Positions 58,687-64,000 of a stretch of DNA of 64,000 nt are shown piece by piece (within the stretch, counting starts at the first letter, position 1; each line of letters begins with the position of its first letter). The position numbers and the translations under genes are program-made. The DNA comes from Rikenellaceae bacterium (GTDB taxonomy: Bacteria > Bacteroidota > Bacteroidia > Bacteroidales > Rikenellaceae): positions 13-64,012 of the forward strand of contig SUZQ01000004.1 in the NCBI GenBank assembly GCA_015059875.1. The letters run 5' to 3'. Below the pieces are notes generated by a model. It had not been told where the DNA came from. It worked only from the letters and a program-made list of their open reading frames with translations, and did no database searches.

Positions 58687-59460
58687 ATGAAGAAGGCTCT
58701 AATTATAGTTGTTGCATTGTTGTCTTACCTTCCCTCATTCGGTTGGGGGCAGAAGGGACACGATGTCGTGGCGTATATCGCCGAGTGCAATCTATCCCCA
58801 AAAGTGTATCAAAAGGTGGTTAAAGCGCTCGGTGGGCACTCGTTGGTCTACTACGCCAACTGGCTCGACAATGCAAGCTACAGCGACCAATACCGCTACA
58901 CCAAGAGCTGGCACTATGCAAATGTGGATGAGGGTTACACCTACGACACAATGACCAAGAACGAAAAGGGCGATGTTGTAACGGCGATAAACGAGCTAAC
59001 CGCAGAGTTGAAAAGTGGCAAGCTCACGCCCGAACAAGAGAGTATCCGCTTGCGAATGTTGATTCATCTTGTCGGAGATATTCACTGTCCGATGCACGCA
59101 GGTCGTTTGAGCGACAGAGGTGGCAACGAGGTGATTGTCAAGTTCTTCAACAAGGAGATAAAGTTACACTCATTGTGGGACACGGCACTTGTCGAGGCTG
59201 CGCACAAATGGAGCTACACCGAGTGGGAGCAGCAACTCAACCGCTACTGCCCTGCGGAGCGTAAAGCCGAAATCGCAGGTGGCGAGGCTAAAGATTGGCT
59301 CAACGAGAGTCACGCCATAGCCACTGAGATATATAAGGTATCGCCCGAAAAGGGAAAGCTGTCGTATGACTATGTTGCATACTACGCCCCCATCATCGAG
59401 AAGCAGTTGCTTTCGGGTGGCTTGCGCTTGGCGCGGATACTGAACGAATTGTACGATTGA
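58687..59460 (+). CDS. Secreted S1/P1 nuclease, conventional type
   Basis: WGQKGH, WLD, WHYAN, HLVGDIHCPMH, DRGGN, LHSLWD. Confidence 0.93.
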   Translation: MKKALIIVVALLSYLPSFGWGQKGHDVVAYIAECNLSPKVYQKVVKALGGHSLVYYANWLDNASYSDQYRYTKSWHYANVDEGYTYDTMTKNEKGDVVTAINELTAELKSGKLTPEQESIRLRMLIHLVGDIHCPMHAGRLSDRGGNEVIVKFFNKEIKLHSLWDTALVEAAHKWSYTEWEQQLNRYCPAERKAEIAGGEAKDWLNESHAIATEIYKVSPEKGKLSYDYVAYYAPIIEKQLLSGGLRLARILNELYD

Positions 59461-59567
59461 GAATTGAGAATTGAGAATTGAGAATTGAGAATTGAGAATT
59501 ATTTTAACTACTCACTACTCTCTACTCACTAAAAAAGCTAATGGCTAATGGCTAATGGCTAATAGCC
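59456..59567 (+). repeat. Three consecutive heptamer arrays: (GAGAATT)6, (CTACTCW)3, (GCTAATG)4
   Basis: Direct reading. Confidence 0.9.
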
Positions 59568-59586
59568 CAAAATAAAAAATAAACCT

Positions 59587-60687
59587 ATGGCATTACAATG
59601 TGGCATTGTTGGACTTCCGAATGTGGGCAAGTCTACACTTTTTAACTGTCTGTCGAATGCAAAGGCGCAGTCGGCAAACTTTCCATTCTGCACTATCGAG
59701 CCGAATGTGGGCATCATCACAGTACCTGACGAGCGACTCGTCAAGTTGGCTGAGATTGACAACCCAAAGCGAGTTATCCCTACAACTATCGAGATTGTCG
59801 ATATCGCAGGTTTGGTAAAGGGCGCATCGAAGGGCGAGGGACTCGGAAATAAGTTCCTTGCAAATATTCGCAACACAAACGCTATTATCCATGTTCTGCG
59901 CTGCTTCGACAACGACAACATTACCCATGTCGATGGCACGGTGGACCCCGTTCGCGACAAGGGCATTATTGATACGGAGTTGCAGCTCAAAGACCTCGAA
60001 ACAGTAGAGAATCGCATCGCAAAGGTGGCAAAGCAGGCGCAGACGGGTGGCGACAAGATTGCAAAGCGTCAGTACGATATTCTCGTGCGATACAAGGAGG
60101 TTTTGGAGCAGGGTTTGTGCGCTCGTACACTCGAACTCGACAAGGAGGAGCGCAAGGTCGTTAGCGACCTTAACCTCTTGACCGACAAGCCTGTACTCTA
60201 TGTCTGCAATGTAGATGAGGCGAGTGCCGTAACGGGCAATGCGCACACCGAAGCGGTGAAGGCGGCTATCGCCAACGAGAATGCCGAGATGCTTATCGTT
60301 GCGGCGGCTACCGAAGCGGATATTGCCGAACTCGAAACCTACGAGGAGCGACAGATGTTTTTGGAGGATATGGGTTTGGAAGAGTCGGGCGTAAATCGCT
60401 TGATTAAGGCGGCTTACAAGTTGCTCAACCTCGAAACATTCTTCACTACGGGAGCTGACGAGTCGCGAGCTTGGACCTACTCGCGCGGCACAAAAGCACC
60501 GCAGGCAGCAGGTGTTATCCACACCGACTTCGAGAAGGGATTTATTCGCGCTGAGGTTATCAAGTACGCTGACTATGTGGCACTTGGCTCAGAAAAGGCG
60601 TGTCGCGATGCAGGTAAGATTGGCATCGAGGGCAAGGAGTATGTCGTCGAAGATGGCGACATTATGCACTTCTTGTTTAATGTGTAG
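59587..60687 (+). CDS. ychF: Ribosome-binding ATPase YchF
   Basis: GLPNVGKST, NFPFCTIEPN, DIAGLV.GAS.GEGLGN, TGS domain. Confidence 0.98.
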   Translation: MALQCGIVGLPNVGKSTLFNCLSNAKAQSANFPFCTIEPNVGIITVPDERLVKLAEIDNPKRVIPTTIEIVDIAGLVKGASKGEGLGNKFLANIRNTNAIIHVLRCFDNDNITHVDGTVDPVRDKGIIDTELQLKDLETVENRIAKVAKQAQTGGDKIAKRQYDILVRYKEVLEQGLCARTLELDKEERKVVSDLNLLTDKPVLYVCNVDEASAVTGNAHTEAVKAAIANENAEMLIVAAATEADIAELETYEERQMFLEDMGLEESGVNRLIKAAYKLLNLETFFTTGADESRAWTYSRGTKAPQAAGVIHTDFEKGFIRAEVIKYADYVALGSEKACRDAGKIGIEGKEYVVEDGDIMHFLFNV

Positions 60688-60997
60688 GGGTTGGGTTTTG
60701 CGAACTCTGGCGGTTATCACGGCGCGGCGATTCTAGGGATTCTAGGGATACTAGGGATTCTAGGGGTTCTAGGGTGCGCGGGAGGGTTTGAGTTTTCCGA
60801 ACTCCGAAAGTGGTCAAGGCGCAACATTAATAACGGCTATTAACGGCTAGTAAGGACTATTAACGGCTAGTAAAGAAAGCGCGCACCCTTACTCGCCCTT
60901 ACTGGCCTTTATTTGCCTTTATCTATCTCGCCTACTCACCCTAGTACCCCTATAACCCCTAGAATCCCCAGTACCCCTAAAACCCTCAGTACCCTCC
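60687..60997. repeat. Nested palindromic microsatellite element
   Basis: 9-mer and 10-mer arrays with their inverted copies, plus a degenerate 39-bp direct repeat. Confidence 0.8.
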
Positions 60998-61066
60998 GCA
61001 CCCCCTATTTTCTCGCAAAAAGTGACATTTTTAGCACAACATACCTTATTTATAAATAATAATTCG

Positions 61067-61074
61067 TATATTTG
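61067..61074 (+). promoter_or_regulatory. -7 box of the steroid reductase cluster
   Basis: TATATTTG. Confidence 0.65.
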
Positions 61075-61098
61075 GCGGATTTTAATACCCAAAACAAT

Positions 61099-61875
61099 AT
61101 GATAGAACTCTCTACCTACAACCTTTTTCTTGCGATAATGGCGGCAACGGCTCTCGTTGTTTTCATCGCACTATTCTTCGTTAAGGCGGGCTACGGCTAC
61201 CTCTATAACCCTAAATTCGGCTTCCCCGTTCCAAACAAAGTGGCGTGGGTATTGATGGAGGCTCCCGTATTTATCGCTATGTGGGTACTTTGGTATTTGG
61301 GCGGAATGACCACCGAATTAGCTCCGTTGGCTCTCTTCTCAATCATTCAGATTCACTACTTACAGCGTTCATTCATCTTCCCATTGCTCATTCGTGGCAA
61401 CTCGAAGATGCCAGTTTCGATTATGCTTATGGGTGCAACCTTCAACACTTTGAACGCTATGATGCAGGGTGGCTGGTTGTTCTTTATCGTTCCGACCTAC
61501 TTCCCTGACTACTATGCAGATTGGTTCTGCAAGCCGTACATCTATATCGGTGTTGCAGTTTGGTTGTTTGGTTTCGTAACCAACTTACATTCAGACTATA
61601 TTATCCGCCACTTGCGCAAGCCAGGCGACAAGAGACACTACATCCCTCGTGGAGGTATGTTCCGTTATGTTTCGTCTGCAAACTACTTTGGAGAGTTTAT
61701 GGAGTGGGTAGGTTACGCTATCGCGTCGTGGTCGGTTGCGGGTGTAGTGTTCGCGTGGTGGACATTTGCAAATCTTGCACCTCGCGCAAATGACTTATAC
61801 AAGCGATACGAGGAGGAGTTTGGCGAGGAGTTCACTTCGCTCAAGCGCAAACGCATCATACCGTTCCTATATTAA
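61099..61875 (+). CDS. 3-oxo-5-alpha-steroid 4-dehydrogenase (steroid 5-alpha-reductase family)
   Basis: AGYG, AWVLMEAP, HYLQRSFIFP, NLHSD, YIPRGGMF.YVSSANYFGE, NLAPRA. Confidence 0.92.
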   Translation: MIELSTYNLFLAIMAATALVVFIALFFVKAGYGYLYNPKFGFPVPNKVAWVLMEAPVFIAMWVLWYLGGMTTELAPLALFSIIQIHYLQRSFIFPLLIRGNSKMPVSIMLMGATFNTLNAMMQGGWLFFIVPTYFPDYYADWFCKPYIYIGVAVWLFGFVTNLHSDYIIRHLRKPGDKRHYIPRGGMFRYVSSANYFGEFMEWVGYAIASWSVAGVVFAWWTFANLAPRANDLYKRYEEEFGEEFTSLKRKRIIPFLY

Positions 61876-61958
61876 ATTGACAATTGATAATTGACAATTA
61901 AAGGAATTTTTGATTTTAATTAACAGCCAATGGCCAATGGCTAATGGCTAAAAGCAGA
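61876..61958 (+). repeat. (GACAATT)3-linker-(GCYAATG)4 spacer
   Basis: Same architecture as 32823-32890. Confidence 0.85.
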
Positions 61959-61963
61959 AAAAT

Positions 61964-63214
61964 ATGGCAGAGAAGAAGGACCTCAAAGAGTCAAAGCTCT
62001 TTACACCTTACAAACTTAACGACAAAGTAACTCTTCGCAACCGCACAATTCGTTCGGCAGCGTTCGAGTCGATGGGTAAGGATTTCAATCCAACCCAAAA
62101 ATTGAAGGACTACCATGTCAGCGTTGCAAAGGGTGGCGTCGGAATGACTACCCTCGCCTACGCATCTATCAACCGCAGTGGTGTATCGTTCAACTCGCAG
62201 CTTTGGTTGCGCGACGAGGTTATCGAGCCGCTGAAGGATATCACCGATGCAATTCACGCTGAGGGTGCAGCCGCAGGCATTCAGATTGGACACTGCGGAA
62301 ATATGACTCACTGGTCTACGGCAGGTAGTTTCCCCGTGTCGGCTTCAAACGGTTTTAACCTCTACTCCCCTACCTTCCACCGCCGTATGTCGCACAATGA
62401 GATTCGCGAGACAGCAAAGGATTTTGGTAAGGCAGTACTGCTCGCACACGAGGCAGGTTTCGATAGCGTAGAGGTACACGCAGGTCACGGCTACCTCATC
62501 TCGCAATTCCTCTCGCCTTGGACAAATCGTCGTCGCGACGAGTTTGGAGGCTCGTTGGAGAATCGTATGCGCTTTATGAAGATGTGTTTGGAGGAGGTTA
62601 TGGAGAAGGCCTACAAGACAGGCACAGCCGTACTCGTTAAGCACAATATGGAGGATGGTTTCAAGAGTGGTATTCAGATTCCAGAGAGCATCGAGATTGC
62701 AAAGGAGATTGAGAAGTTCAATGTAAACGGAATCGTACTCTCGTCGGGCTTCGTATCGCGCGCACCAATGGCAGTTATGCGTGGTCGCATCCCTACAAAG
62801 ACTATGAGCTACTATATGGGTTGGAACGAGTGGTTGCAGAAGATTGTAGTCGATTTGTTCGGTCAATGGATGATTAAGGACTACAAGTTCGAGGAGTGTT
62901 TCTTCTTGGAGAATGCAAAGAAGTTCCGTGAGGCGTTGAAGGGCCCACTCGTATATGTTGGTGGTATCGTTTCGCGTGAGGGAATTGAGAAGGTCTTGGA
63001 CGCAGGCTTCGAGATGGTGCAGATGGCTCGTTGCTTGATTAACGATCCAGCATTCGTAAACAAGATGAAGGAGGGCGACCTCTCTACCCGTTCGGGTTGC
63101 GATCACCGCGATTATTGCATTGCTCGTATGTACTCGAAGGATATGCAGTGTTGCCACAACTGCAAGGAGCCTATTCCTGATAAGGTTTGGAAGGAACTCG
63201 CTAAAATCGACTAA
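61964..63214 (+). CDS. NADH:flavin oxidoreductase (old yellow enzyme family; 5-beta-reductase candidate)
   Basis: LRNR, QIGHCG, GFDSVEVHAGHGYLISQFLSP..N.R.DEFGGSLENR. Confidence 0.9.
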   Translation: MAEKKDLKESKLFTPYKLNDKVTLRNRTIRSAAFESMGKDFNPTQKLKDYHVSVAKGGVGMTTLAYASINRSGVSFNSQLWLRDEVIEPLKDITDAIHAEGAAAGIQIGHCGNMTHWSTAGSFPVSASNGFNLYSPTFHRRMSHNEIRETAKDFGKAVLLAHEAGFDSVEVHAGHGYLISQFLSPWTNRRRDEFGGSLENRMRFMKMCLEEVMEKAYKTGTAVLVKHNMEDGFKSGIQIPESIEIAKEIEKFNVNGIVLSSGFVSRAPMAVMRGRIPTKTMSYYMGWNEWLQKIVVDLFGQWMIKDYKFEECFFLENAKKFREALKGPLVYVGGIVSREGIEKVLDAGFEMVQMARCLINDPAFVNKMKEGDLSTRSGCDHRDYCIARMYSKDMQCCHNCKEPIPDKVWKELAKID

Positions 63215-63216
63215 TT

Positions 63217-64000
63217 ATGCGTAAAGGAGAAGTTGTTAAAGGTAGCAAACTCGCCCTTGTAACGGGAGCCTCTACGGGTATTGGTCGTCAATATGCGGAG
63301 CAGTTGGCAGAACTTGGCTACAACCTTATCATCGTGAGCCGCACCGAGTCGGCACTGCAAACCGTTGCTACCGAGATTGAGGAGAAGCACGGCGTAAAGG
63401 TCGTTGTTAAGGCTATGGACTTGGCTACAACCGATGCCGCAGACAAGCTCTTTGGCTGGTGCAAGGAGGAGGGATATGTCGTTGATGTATTGATAAATAA
63501 CGCAGGAATGTTCTCGTTCTGCGACATCTCGAATACCCCAGCCGAGCGCATCGTGCGCACAATCACACTGCACGATATCACAAACTCATTGCTTTGCCAG
63601 CTCTTCGGCAACGATATGGCAGAGCGAGGTGGCGGCTACATCTTGAATATGTCGTCATTCTCGGTGTGGATGCCATTCCCAGGCTTGGCGTTGTATAGCG
63701 CAAGTAAGGCGTATCTAAAGTCGTTCTCGGTGGCATTTGCCAAGGAGATGCGCTACAAGAATGTTTGGGTTACGGCAGTCTGCCCTGCGGGCATTGCAAC
63801 CGACCTCTACGGACTCACAAAGAAGTGGCAAGGTATCGGACTGAAGTTGCACGCCCTCTCCACCCCTGCATTTTGCGCTCGTCGCGGATTGCGCGCCTTG
63901 TGGCGTAAGAAGCAGTGCATCGTGCCTGATTGGTGGTGCAGAGCTTTTATTCCAATCTGCGACCTACTACCACGCTTTGCAATCAACAAACTGCGCAACT
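63217..64000 (+). CDS. SDR family oxidoreductase (3-beta-HSDH candidate), runs off the window edge
   Basis: ATG 63217 MRKGEVVKGSKLALVTGASTGIG, INNAG, YSASK; no stop before 64000; absent from the ORF track. Confidence 0.88.
   Translation, partial: MRKGEVVKGSKLALVTGASTGIGRQYAEQLAELGYNLIIVSRTESALQTVATEIEEKHGVKVVVKAMDLATTDAADKLFGWCKEEGYVVDVLINNAGMFSFCDISNTPAERIVRTITLHDITNSLLCQLFGNDMAERGGGYILNMSSFSVWMPFPGLALYSASKAYLKSFSVAFAKEMRYKNVWVTAVCPAGIATDLYGLTKKWQGIGLKLHALSTPAFCARRGLRALWRKKQCIVPDWWCRAFIPICDLLPRFAINKLRN

Noticed and set aside
60687-60997. CRISPR or tRNA in the ychF downstream spacer
   Set aside because: Tandem 9/10-mers lack spacers; no cloverleaf or T-loop consensus

Overview
Core-genome-like window of a Bacteroidales bacterium, most likely Rikenellaceae/Alistipes-like. 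This placement is an inference from TAnnTTTG promoters, absent SD motifs, lipoprotein signals and gene content. It holds about 48 CDS: housekeeping genes (argS, obgE, yidC, hpt, queE, thiL, aroQ, ackA, fabI, rlmB, rpe, galM, gltX, rho, ychF) interleaved with secreted or surface proteins. No rRNA, tRNA, CRISPR array, transposase or integrase was seen. Main points of interest: (1) a six-gene operon of four tandem, diverged, secreted S1/P1 nucleases plus two secreted calcineurin-like phosphoesterases, with a fifth S1/P1 gene just beyond rho; (2) two BspA-type LRR lipoproteins with unrelated stalks, a shared head and the same terminator, one preceded by a ~200-nt rod-like leader hairpin; (3) an organised intergenic repeat landscape of strand-polarised heptamer arrays, a ~120-bp inverted-repeat element that supplies stop codons, and nested palindromic microsatellites; (4) a steroid 5-alpha-reductase / old yellow enzyme / SDR cluster at the right edge; (5) a YgjP/M48-GNAT fusion. 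All calls are by eye, without database searches.
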